The translations under genes were made by a program, and so were the position numbers. Positions 45,697-57,664 of a DNA stretch of 64,000 nucleotides are shown here, piece after piece. Location of the stretch: assembly GCA_001662655.1 (NCBI GenBank), contig KV460245.1. One strand, given 5' to 3'. The notes under the pieces are model-generated. The model was given only the letters and a program-made list of their open reading frames with translations, was not told the origin of the DNA and did not search any database. Numbering within the stretch: the stretch's first letter is position 1; every line of letters starts with the position of its first letter. This DNA is from Pseudogymnoascus verrucosus. Taxonomy: Eukaryota.

Positions 45697-45767
45697 ATAA
45701 GCCAGGCTCGCCATGTGCTGGGAGATGCTGGAACACGTCTCAATAATCACCAATATTGACGTGTGGT

Positions 45768-47978
45768 TCAGTCATCATCAATGATGATGGCGCCGTCGTC
45801 CGCGCTGTCTAAAACGATAATATCATCCTCTGCCTCCTTGAGCTTCCCACGCTTGGCTTCAGGGCCGGCTTCTCCAAGCTCATCTGCCCCTCTCTTCGTC
45901 CCTGCCACCGGACCAGGAGAGGCTTTAGGCGCCTCACCGTTGGTGATGGCCTCTTTATTCCCGACATCACCATTCGTGGCTTCAGTTGGGGGTGGAACCA
46001 CCCGTGGCCGTCTGGGTATGGAAATCGGCTGCTCGCTATCGACGGCTGTGGGGAGTGCGCTAATTGGCTTTGCGTCAGTCGGCGTTGCAGTCCCCTGAAC
46101 GCTGAGAACAAGGTTGACTCTCGGGTCCTCTTCATCCTCGTCAATGACTGTGAGGAAGCTGTCCTCCTTGATTCCGAGCTCGCTCAGTTTCTTCTCGAGG
46201 TTTTCAGTCTCATCCACATCGTACAGCAAGCCTGCTTCATTGCTGACCACGAACTCTTCGCCATATCCGAGCTGGACGCGCAAGAAGTCCTCTACCAGAT
46301 CATTCAGCGTAGCCCTTGATAAGTCTACTAGGAGCCTGGTTTGCGCAACACTACAAACGGGACAGTCTGGATTTGGTTTCCGGGTCTTCTCATAGGCCAT
46401 GAGGCGCTCGGATGCGAAAGGTGATAGGAAGATTTCTTTTGTGCTCGAGTAATCGCCACGGAGGACTTTGAAGGATTGCAATACGCAGAGACCTGCGACA
46501 ATTGCATTTGTTGTGGCAATAGCCGGAATAATGTTGCCCGCCATTTGCTTGGTATCAAATCGAGACTTGGTCTCGATCCCGAAGATGATGGATCGGATAT
46601 TCGCGGTAGCGGTGACAAAGTCGAGGGTATCTTCGTCATCCTTGTCAAATATAATTGTTGGCTCTGCGGAGTTTCCATCGGACGCGGCCTTCAGCTCCTT
46701 CATGCGTTTACTTAGACGATTTAAACTATACATGTTAGTCTTGTAGATAGGACTGGTGTTGAATGTATACATACCTGTCTTTGAAGACAATCAAATTTTC
46801 TTCCAGAGACCAAGGCTTCTGATCATTTTTAAGAACCGCTTCTTTTGACTCCTCCAGAGGTGTGGCGGCAGCAGCCACAGTGTCATACTCCAGTGGATCT
46901 GGCTTCCTCCTTGTCGTCCACATCTCCTCCATCGACCTCAGCCGTGTGATATCCTCATTGAACACCTTATTGAAGAGTAGTTTTGGAAAGTCGTCAGTGC
47001 CCATAGAATCTCTAATATTTTTCAATGCCTGAGCCTCCTGTCGTAGCTTCTCGATCTCCTTCGCATTCTCCGAGTCCTGTGAATGGTCCATCTCCTCGGA
47101 GTCTATCTCCGTGGCTCCAAACACCTCACTCAACAGGTAGCTCTTGCCCCAAACAATACAGTGTATCGGCTGACTGGGTGTACTCCTGATTGTGCATACT
47201 GGGTAGCTCTTGGGTGTAACTTTCGCGGTGCAGTCGTAGCATGCAGTGATTCCCTTTTTGATGACCTGCACTTGACCATTGAAACCCGTGGTTCCACTCT
47301 CGATCAGCGGTACATCAGCCGCAAGGCACATTTTGTTAACATGGCGGCGGGCATCAAGGTTATCGAGCGCATTGAAGACGATAGTAAAGGTTTTGAACCA
47401 GTCGATGTTGAACTGGGCATCTTTGATATTGGCGTGGTATGATTCGAGTTTGACAGCTGGATTAAACCTTTGCGCAACCTCCTTCGCAACCTAGAGTCAC
47501 AGTTAGCAGTGCTTTTAAAACGGATAGACCAGAGGCGGGGGAGACGAACCAGAGCTTTGGACTTTTTGATGTGCTCATGACGGAAGAGGAACTGGCGGTT
47601 CAGGTTGCTGAGGTCGATGGTATCAAGGTCCACGATGTGTATTTCGCCATAACCGGTGAGGAGTAGGTTCTTGAGAAGCTCGCAGCCGATGCCTCCGGCT
47701 CCTACCATCAGGATTCGTGCCTATAGTTGGGATATCAGCCTGGTTCGTTGCAGGGTAACAGGAAGGGTCCATGATGGCTCAAGCAGGCGCATGTCGCATC
47801 ATTCGCAAAGATTGCGCAGTGAGAAGTACAGGCCAGAGGCTGCACTCACTCAATACACTCCCTAAAGGCCAAGACGACTCTGTTGGTCATGAAGAATAGA
47901 GAAGGCTCGGCTTACCTGCTTGACATCATTATTCAAGGGCTTACCCAGCGCCTGCTGGTTGTAATGGTCGCGGGCCAT
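45768..47978 (-). CDS. UBA2: SUMO-activating enzyme E1 subunit Uba2
   Basis: [24 protein letters not shown], catalytic [28 protein letters not shown]; introns 47721-47915, 47491-47549 and 46726-46774. Confidence 0.95.
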
Positions 47979-48876
47979 GTCTGCGTCAATTGACAAGAGA
48001 GTGAATATTGTACATCTGATATTAAAAAGGAAAGTCCAACGGAGAACCCAAAGGATAGAAATATAAAAGCGTGACGAAGCGAAGGGGTGAAGGGTAAAGA
48101 AACAAAATATTGACTTGTCGCAGGAACTGATGAGGTTCGTCGCAAAGCGCGGCTGGATGGAGACCGACGTCAAACCGATTAGTGTAAGTACCCACCACGC
48201 GTTTTTTTGGTGGTATGGTACTTGTGGTAAGTCTGGTACTTTACGCGACTGGGGCGCGTGGGCTAGTGGGATACGATTGAATCGTCCCCAATGTTTCTGG
48301 GGGACAATTCACCCGGTTCCATGCGAGTGGTGGCCAGATCCCACCGGATGCTACGACGTGCAGCCGGAAGTATCTTTGTACTGTTCTATACAGTGTTCTA
48401 CACAGTAATTTAGTTGGGAGCCGCCAGGTCAGGTACCTGGCCATGCATACACAGTACCTGTCGATGTTTCCTTTTGTCGCATGCAGTGAACTTCAAGGCT
48501 CCAAACTTCATTTTATTCCTATAAATTCCCTACTGTATGTATTTTGATGGCTGAAGCGTATCATCCCTTGCTTTCAACTCATAAGTATGCACATTCCAAG
48601 TACAGAACTATTCAAAACAACGAGTAAATTCCAATTAATATACCAGACTCCAAGCCTTTGTACTAAGGTTTGGCGCGTGCGCCAGATAAGTGGTTCCCTA
48701 CCAAACGTGCGGTGTGGCCGATAACAACCTCCAAAATTCTTTATCAGTATTATTTCTCAATCTACCCCTTGCAGCAGCTCAGAGAAGTAGCAAGCACACC
48801 TTACATCTTTCCTACAGAATCAAGCTGAAAAATCTGTTCACAATCCTTGTGCCTTTTCTAACAAAATTTTCTCATA

Positions 48877-50158
48877 ATGTCGGACGACGAAGCCGACCCA
48901 GAGCTCCTGGCGCTCCTCCGTCAACACCTCATGGGGGCGCAACCTGACCCCAGCGTGCCTGAGACACGTGTGCTCGATGGAGCAAAGTATGTCACCGATA
49001 ATTCCATAGATGTGGCCCTTGACATGCGGAGCACCAAGGCGGCCGCCGCCATGATCTACGAGCAGATGCAGAAGAAGAAGTACTGCACCTCGACCTGGTC
49101 CTCACATGAGCTGCATCCCAAGACCAAGGATGAAAAGACGGTGGCGTTTATTTTTACCATGGATTTACTCAATTTTTCTTTTTGGTCTGATAGGTGCTCC
49201 GAAGAGAGGTTTGCCATTGAATACAAGGGCAAGAAGTGGACGGGGTATTGGAGCTTGGTTGCCGCTATTAATCGTGCGCTCGATGAAGGTTGGCATCTTC
49301 CTCCCCCTTGCTTGATCTTGGGACCCGTGCTTATGAATGACCAGATATACCGATCACTAGTTCAGACTACTGGCAGAGTGAGGATGAGTTGACTGAGGAA
49401 AAGATGAAGTATATCTTCAGGTCTGCTACAGACGAGGAGATGCCCATGTTGAAGGAGCGTCTGGCGTGCCTCCGGGAGGCAGGGCAAGTGCTCTACGAGG
49501 TATGACACAATTGGAAATGAAATCGTAAATTCTGCTAACTTTATTCTCCAGAAATATAACTGCAGTTTCCTGAACTGCATAGAAGCGGCAGACCAGTCCG
49601 CAGCGGCTCTAGTCAACATCCTGGCCGATGATTTTAGGTGTTTCCGGGACGAAGTGCGGTTCGAGGGCCGCAAGACCGTCCGGATCCTCAAGCGCGCGCA
49701 GATCCTCGTGGCTGATCTATGGGCATGTTTTGACGGCCTCGACTACGGGGAATTTTACGATATAGACAAGATAACCATGTTTGCTGATTATAGGATTCCG
49801 CAAATATTGAACTCGTTAGGCTGTATGCAGTACAGTCCGTTATTAGAGACTACCCTGCGGAAGAAGAAGTTGATTGAGACGGGGCATTCGTGGGAGGTGC
49901 AGATCAGAGGTATGTTTGGAAAATATGTCGTTATGCCCGAGCTGTTGCTGATAGATTACAGGTTGCAGTATTTGGTGTGTAGAGCTCATCAGGAAAGAGA
50001 TTCTCAGGCGGCATCCAGACACGGAAATAAATGCCATATTAATAGACTTCTTCCTCTACGATACGGCGAAAGAGCAGGAGAAGATAGAGCTGGAGAGGGA
50101 GAAGGTAGACGACGAAGGCGCTTTACCCCATCACCGCACGCGCGCTATTTGGTACTGA
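48877..50158 (+). CDS. Queuosine salvage protein (DUF2419/QNG1, queuosine-nucleotide N-glycosylase)
   Basis: HELHP, DLLNFSFW, TGYWSL, FRDE, KRAQILVADLW, ITMFADYRIPQ, HHRTRAIWY; introns 49289-49344, 49500-49551 and 49910-49961. Confidence 0.92.
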
Positions 50159-50294
50159 GCCATATTTTCGAAATTCATCAGTTTTAGACCATTCGAACCA
50201 GAAGAGAAAAGTTTTTAGACTAAATTTAATTATTTTGCTGGTCCGTCGATGCCTTCTATACACGCCTAAATCAAACATGCTCCCCAATGTAATA

Positions 50295-52261
50295 TTAATT
50301 CGGCCAGGAACCCAAGCCCCTATACCTGACTTCATACTTCACCAGATTTTCGAAGTCCTGTGCAAGAATACCAAGGGTAGGAAGCCCTACAACCCGTTCA
50401 GTGCCATCCACCTCAGCCACAATCGCCGGTAACACATATCTGAATTTCGAGGCTTTCAGAGGCAGTAGCAGCTTTTCCCGCTGTTCCAGCTGCTCCATAA
50501 ATTTCGTTCCTTTAAGTTTATGCACATCCTCTGCCTGAAACGGCCGTAGAGATATGTTTGTGGACGTCAGATTCAAAATGCGGATCCAGAACCGGCCATC
50601 AAATAGCTTCCAGGAATCATTATCTCTCCAATATGCCTCTTCGTCTTTTCCCTGGAATGGTATAAAGTCTAGACGAGGCTCTTTGCCCCTCTTAAACGGC
50701 TGCGGCCTGATAATCCAGTGCCGGTTCGCTATCTGTTGATGGGCGAGCGTCGACCCTTCACTTGCCGTCGGGTTGGTATCTGTGTGGCTGGAAAGCAGAC
50801 GACTGTCATGCGTATGAGAAGGCGCAGGCTCGAACATTACGCCCGCCACAGTAAATGCTTTCCGAGGTGCTGAATCATGTCCTACTTGTGAACCAAGTTC
50901 CGGATATATTCGTTGCACCGCAGTACTCAATGTCCCAAGGGCAATATTCTCAACGGGAGAGATCAACTGGATAACAGCACGGAGCCACCAACTTGCATCC
51001 TCGAACTCGGTGCTGGAAATTCCGGCCGAGCCCTTGGCGTTATATTCCATATCCAAAGGCTCAAAATAAACCGAGCAATATGGCACACTGGGCTCAAACT
51101 TTAAGATCTGAACTTTCTGAGCAAAGGACTTGTTGCGCCTTTCCACGTCCCTGTCCCTGTTTTCCTGTAGCCTTTTGGCTAGTGCAAGAATAGAAGGCTT
51201 TTGAAGCGCCACGGGGAGCTTATTGTTCGCATAGATATGGCGGATTGCATTTCTCATGGTGAGCGTCGGATCTGCATTTGTGTTGTCCTCAAACCAAGAC
51301 ATGCCGTTGGCTTCACATGTATCCCTGAGCTCTTGTTTGGTAAAGCATAAGAGAGGGCGGTAGACTTTGATTCCGCCGGATTCTATCCGCATGTCTAAAG
51401 AGGACGTGGTATCGTCTGATGAGTCCAAAGAACGAGACTTGTTCAAGTCCATTCCACTACCAAACTTAATTTGGCTGGCGGGCGCCGAAGCATCAACTAC
51501 ACCACTCTGGTGTACGCCATAGATTCCACGACACTCTGGAATGTCACCAGACAATCGCATTCCGCAAAGACCATCCTTTCGGTGACCATTAATCATCCTC
51601 ATCAAGACGGTTTCAGCTTGATCATCGCGGTGATGGGCAAGAAAGAGGGATTGGATGCCATGGTCGCGGCATGCCTTCCCCAGAGCTTGAAAGCGGTACG
51701 TCCTGGCAAGAGACTCAAAATTTGACGCTTCTTTGGGATTCAGCCCTTCTGGCCATTCGATTTTGAGTACATCCGTGGGAATATCTAATACTGTCAATAA
51801 GAGCATTGGGAGCAAGACACAGCCCAACCCACCTTTCTCCCCCAGGATTTTAGCAACGGCATGAGCCTCATCGCCGCTTCCAGCGCGGACTTTATGGTCT
51901 ACGACGAAGGCACGGAATTTAAATCGATCCTTGCTTTGAATTCTAGAGCAGAGAGAGGCCAGGGCCATGGAATCCACGCCACCGCTGATTGCCAGACCTG
52001 AAACTTGTTAGACTTTGGTGATCAAGCATTTGAATAGCATGGAAGTGAGATACCAATTGTCAATGGCTTGCAAGGCTTTCCATTTGTATTCTCGGTGACT
52101 AGACTTTATTAGTTGTAAACTTTGTATTAATTCTTATTGAGTTTCATACGCTGATTCAGTCCCTTGTGGTTCAGCTGCTGCAAGCTCGCAATAAATCTAT
52201 CCAGGCTGATGGCAGCAGCCCCACGACCACTCCATCCTGTTCGATGTAGGACCCCCACCAT
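50295..52261 (-). CDS. PP-loop tRNA(Ile)-lysidine synthetase-like (TilS family)
   Basis: LAISGGVDSMAL, VVDHKVR, ESLARTYRF, LAHHRDDQAETVLMR, RPLL, WFEDNTN, RNAIR. Two short 5' introns (~52100-52149 and ~51998-52053) and a probable in-frame intron at ~51785-51832. Confidence 0.88.
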
Positions 52262-52548
52262 TCCAGCATTATCCCCTCAATTCTATCATAGCTCCACTTC
52301 GGTGTTCGCCATACTGCGGCGGGATGCGTGCATGCCTAAACACTGTCGCGTGCTGATGTCCGGGATATCGCGTTTGGCGGCTATCGATAACCCGGCATCC
52401 CCACAATCGTCATGGGCTCCCGAGATAAATTTACAGTGCACGCTCTCCCCCTTCCTCAACAACTCATGAGGGCTACGGCCTTCCTCCCCTTCACAATTCA
52501 ACCTAGTCACTCATTCCCCCTCCTCCCCCGCCCACCAAATCACCGAAA

Positions 52549-53454
52549 ATGTCGACCTCAACAAATACCTCCTTCACCTCCGCCCTCTTCTCCGGCGCCC
52601 TAGCAGGCACCACAGTCGACCTCTCCCTCTACCCCCTCGACACCCTTAAAACCCGTCTCCAATCCCCCCTCGGCTTCCGCGCCGCCGGCGGCTTCCACGG
52701 CATCTACGCCGGCGTCGGCTCCGCCATCGTCGGCTCCGCCCCCGGCGCATCCCTCTTCTTCGTAACCTACGAAAACACCAAATCCTTCCTCTCCTCGCGG
52801 CGCATCGCGCGCGACGCCCTCGACCCCGCCTCCCCCGCAGCACACGAATGGGAAGCCCCGATGGAACACATGATGGCCGCGTCGCTGGGCGAGATCGCCG
52901 CATGCGCAGTCCGCGTGCCGACGGAGGTGGTGAAGCAGCGCACGCAGGCGCGGCAGTTCCCGTCGTCGCTGGCGGCGCTGTCGTCGATTCTGAGCCAGCG
53001 CGCGGCCATTGGGGTGCCGGGTGTGTGGAGGGAGTTGTATCGCGGGTGGAGTATTACGATTTTCCGCGAGGTGCCGTTTACGGTTATCCAGTTCCCGTTG
53101 TGGGAGGCGATGAAGAAGTGGAGGTTGAGGACTACGGGGAGGGATGGGGGGAGGGGGAAGATTAGGGCGTGGGAGAGTGGGTTGGCGGGGAGTATGGCGG
53201 GGGCGACGGCGGCGGGGATTACGACGCCGTTGGATGTGCTGAAGACGAGGATGATGCTGGCGAAGGAGAAGACGGGGATGTTTGTCCTGGCGAGGCAGAT
53301 ATTGAGAGACGGTGGACCCATGGCCTTCTTTTCTGGGATCGGGCCAAGGGTTATGTGGATTAGCATTGGAGGCGCTATCTTCTTGGGAAGCTACCAGTGG
53401 GCATATAATGCGTTGGAAGGGAAGGCAGTACAAAAGCGAGAGGAGGCGATATGA
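52549..53454 (+). CDS. PET8: Mitochondrial S-adenosylmethionine carrier
   Basis: Three carrier repeats (PLDTLKTRLQ, PTEVVKQR, PLDVLKTR); GSAPGA and REVPFTVIQFP as in SAM carriers. Confidence 0.9.
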   Translation: MSTSTNTSFTSALFSGALAGTTVDLSLYPLDTLKTRLQSPLGFRAAGGFHGIYAGVGSAIVGSAPGASLFFVTYENTKSFLSSRRIARDALDPASPAAHEWEAPMEHMMAASLGEIAACAVRVPTEVVKQRTQARQFPSSLAALSSILSQRAAIGVPGVWRELYRGWSITIFREVPFTVIQFPLWEAMKKWRLRTTGRDGGRGKIRAWESGLAGSMAGATAAGITTPLDVLKTRMMLAKEKTGMFVLARQILRDGGPMAFFSGIGPRVMWISIGGAIFLGSYQWAYNALEGKAVQKREEAI

Positions 53455-53633
53455 GAATCAGGTGGGATATGTGTATAGTTGTATCATTATTGGGCGGGAA
53501 TGCATATAGATGGCGCAAGCAATGATAGGAATAGCATTGAGGTGATAGTCATTACACGTCCCGCGTCTTTGGCATATAGACATGATAAGTAGCTCTCCCC
53601 AAGATCAGGGAGCTAGAACAGGATACACGCCTC

Positions 53634-56600
53634 TCAAGGCTCTTCAGGTGCAGCGGGGGCCGGAGTTGCTTCAGGAACTGCCGGCGGCTCAGGGCCCTTG
53701 TCAAGTTTAAGCTCCTTCCGCCCATTGCTCTTGTAGTACAACATGACATCTGCGCCTCCTTTCCAAATACGCGCTCGAAGTGTGGCCAAAGTCATCGTTA
53801 CGGGAAGTTTCTATACAAACATTAGTTAAAATGCAAGGATTGCAGAGGGGCATTGTATATACCTGATCATAACAATATAGCTCGAGATATTCTTCTGGCT
53901 TCAGGGCATCCGGTTCGGCATTCTCAGGTAAAGCTTCGATGCGTTCAGCGACGTAAGCCAATATTTTCTTAACACGAAGCATTCTGTTTGCGTTCAATCT
54001 GCAATTTCTGTGGAGCTATTAGCTTGGATCGGTTTCAGGTGAAAGAGTGACATACCCATCTGGGCCAGCAATGCCAGGAAGTAAGTCCTGCCAGGGCTGA
54101 AGGATGAACGATAGCTTCACCGGCTCTTTGAACGGGATCCTATTCTTCAACAGAAGTTCTCCCAACCAGTTAGGCGCTCTTTCGATGATGGCGCTCGCGT
54201 CCTCCCCAACTGTGCCTACGGTACCCCGATACAAATCGGCACTTCCTCCAGAAGTCTCCTCCTGGATAATTACAGTAGTCATCGTGGGCGGCTTCAAGAC
54301 CGGCGCCTCGTTCGGCAAGCTTGGCGTGACTCCGCTTGCCAGTGGCTCATCGGGGAACTCGGTCAGCTGTTTCTCGTATTCGGCGTTTATCTTCTGGATA
54401 ATACCCGCAAAGCTGTCGTCAGTCTCCTTTTCAGCAGCGTCGGAAGCCTCGGATCCTTCAGATTTCTCGACTTCCACAACTGGTTTCTCCGCGGATGTAG
54501 ACGTAGAGCGGGCAACCTTCTTGCTACCGAAGGACATCTTGAATTTCTTGCCAAACTTTGATCCAGCCTCCTTCCCATTGGTTTGCTTCTCTGGGTCGGG
54601 AGTAGCTTTACCCGCTTCCTGCGTATCGTTTGGTGTCGCTGCGGGTTTAGTCTCGGACGATGCCAACGGGGCACTTGTAAAGTAATCGCCAGTTTTATCG
54701 GCCGAACTATGGCTTATTTGAGACTGCAGTTTCTCCAGTTTCGATCCGTCTTCAGACACTGCAGGTAGGCTATTCGGTGCCAGGAGAGGTGTTGCAACAA
54801 CGATTCCCAAGTTAGGGGTCCCCTGAACATGGTGGCCGTTTCCACGTGGCGTCGAGACGTCGCTATCCCCAGAAGAAAAGGGGTTACCGGTTGGGATCTG
54901 CAATCCCGTTGGTGGTGGGTCTCGCGGCCTGGATGCTTTGGCTTTTGCGGTCAGTTCTTTGCGGAGGTCTTCGTCCCTCCTTATAACTTCATCGATGAGC
55001 CTAGAAAATATATGCCTCAAAACCCATTTGCCCAGATTTATGCGTTGATCATCACGGTGGGAGATTGGTTCGTCCGTCTGTATCTCATCGGCGTACATCT
55101 CCGCATCAAAGCAATTGTACTCTTCCAGTACAACCGCCAACCGGCCCGTTCTAGTATCAATAGAGCACCAAGGTGCAATCGCTTCATTGGTGTTCACTTC
55201 AGGCTCTACATCTTCTAGATGTCTCTTCCCAAAAGATTGTATTGGGACGCATTGAAGAAGGTCCCATAGGAGTACATCTCCCGCGGTATCCAATGTTAGA
55301 ACTCTTCGCCTGTCGTTCATCAACTTGTGTTTCACCAACCCATGCTGGCCTTCGATCGTTTCGGCAGGTAATCCATGGATCGGCTCTATCAGAACAATAT
55401 CTGGGTCCAAGAGGTCTGCATCTTGCTTGAGGCTCGCAATGGATGTGGTCATAGCATCTCCATCTCTAGCAGCAGCAGCAGCAGGGAAACTTGCTGTGTT
55501 CGAAATTCGGAGTATCGATCTAACTGGGATCTCCTTTTTGTCCGTGGAAGTTGCGGTTGGTGGTGACGCAGGTTTCTGCCTTGACGCGGCGCTCGATGTC
55601 CGGCGGTGTTTGAATACTTCGGGCAACTGGATGCTATCCCCAGTATCCACATTGGCCCATCTATTGATAGATGAACTAGCAGTAGCAGTCCAGATGTGGT
55701 CTCCGTAAGCAATAACCTTGTTCACACCTTCAGTCTCCTGCGCTACAGCCAGCGAGATACCATCGTCCATCTCGCCGTTTGTGTTTCTCACGTCCGTCTT
55801 AACGATGAGGCCAGAACGATCAGCAGAATAAAAGGTTCCCAACTCGGGATCGTCGGAAAATAGCGTCCACACACTGTCATTGTGCATCGTGAGGGTATGC
55901 ATGCATCTGCCAGCAGTCACACTCCATACTTTCACTGTCTGATCCGAACTGGCGGTCATGATCGTGTCGCCGCTCTCGTTAATCAGGATTGACCGGACAT
56001 TGTCCGTGTGTCCCACGAATTTCGTTATTCGCTGCCCGCTTCTTGGATCCCAGAGGCGCACTATGCTTTCGGGCCCTCCGCTGGCAAGCATGCTGCGGCT
56101 GACACTGAGAGCATAGACGGAGCCTTTCTCGCTCTTCTCTTCGCCACTGATCTCAATCTCCAGCTTCTTTCCAGCTCCATTCAGGTCCCAGAGGCAGATC
56201 TTTCGATCCAATCCCCCAGACGCAACCCAATCGGCCTGGCTGTTCGGCGTCGCTAGACATTTAACATAGTCTGTGTGCTGTCCGATTGTCTGCGGAGCCT
56301 CCGAGTCGTTTGTCAATGGTCGCCATACCCGCACCGTAAGATCCGACGAGGCTGAAACCAACGCTGTGTTGTTTTGCGCGAGCACAATATCGTTCACCCA
56401 ATGCGTATGGGCCTGTGTCTGAGCTCGGAAAGTCGTCTTCGGCGTGCGTTTGGAGCTCTTGTCCTCCTTGGGATCCTCCGGGGATTCGAATGGGTCCTCA
56501 AGGCCGTTGCTGGGTTTGAGGTTGAGATCCAAGTCCCATGCGCAAATGGCTCCATCGCGACCTCCCGAGTATCTATGTTACATCAGCCAAAATGTCGAAG

Positions 56601-56862
56601 CGCGGTGGTCAAGCAGGCGAGAAGCAAAGTCTCTCAGGACGTACAGTATCGAGTTCTCGCCGTCAACAGCGAGTCCATTCACGCCTAGCCTATGACCGCC
56701 TGGCGAATTCGCAAGCGGTAAAACTAGAGAAAAGAATTAGCACTCATGCGCAACATCTAACGAGATATCTCCGGTCGCAAGACAAGTGGCATCGTTGCGT
56801 TTGCGGGGTTTTATGTAACCACACTCACCATAGCTAATCCGCTGGCGCACCTTCTTGGCCAT
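53634..56862 (-). CDS. WD40 deubiquitinase cofactor WDR48/UAF1 (Bun107/Duf1-like)
   Basis: [11 protein letters not shown] start, [38 protein letters not shown]-terminal ubiquitin-like [18 protein letters not shown]; several short introns. Confidence 0.9.
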
Positions 56863-57407
56863 CGGTGCTGCTATCAAACAACTATCATACGGCTGTACGC
56901 ATACACTCGCAACGACACTCTGGGCATATCAATAAGTGAAGTTGTAAGCTGTCACGGTCGGTAAGAATAAGGGTTTCTTGGTGCTTGAGGTTCCGTCATA
57001 CATTCCCAACAGAAGCTGAGGTTGGTTGTTCTCTTGTGGGTAAGACCCCAGAGTATGGACCCTCATGGTTCGTAATTAGCCCGCAGTCTAGGATCAGTCT
57101 AGGATGGGAAGGCAGGCCGCAGGCGTACAAAGTACATGGGTACGTGCGGACCTGTGCGGACCTGCGCACCTGCGCACCACGTTGACTTTGGAAATTAGCG
57201 CTTCAACCGACCAAACCCCGCCTTCCGCTTTTCGTAAGTACAGTGCATTGTAGTACTCTAGGGAAGTCGAGCCGCCGTTGATAACAGTGAAGCTCCACTC
57301 GGAGATAAGTATACCAAGTCATGGCGATCACTCTGTGGAGATTGCTCTATACAGCAATAGCGAGTAGCCCTATCTTATATAGCTAGACATAACTATGGTT
57401 ATGTATG

Positions 57408-57443
57408 GTCTGAGAGTACAGTCTGAGAGTACAGTCTGAGAGT
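57408..57443. repeat. 13-bp tandem repeat (GTCTGAGAGTACA) x about 3
   Basis: Direct tandem copies. Confidence 0.8.
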
Positions 57444-57664
57444 AATGCCTCCCTCGATACTTCTTGAATTTTGTTTCTCTAAATACCACCCAAAGATCCT
57501 TTTATACCAACCAATTTCCCCGCTTCCCTTTTCGCTGATATGCACGTCTCTATTCTTCCGCCGTGGAAATTTATAAACTCCCTGGTACTCCATGCCATCC
57601 TCCAAACTCCGTTACCAATAGCCTACTTTTCCAACCAATCTACTCTCAGACCCCCCTGGGCCAT

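Noticed and set aside
47721..47915. Long UBA2 intron 1 as a snoRNA host
   Set aside because: Only an imperfect C box (ATGATGC); the CTGA coincides with the branch site; no terminal stem or guide found.
52600..53433. Minus-strand ORFs over PET8
   Set aside because: Antisense shadows of a GC-rich coding sequence.
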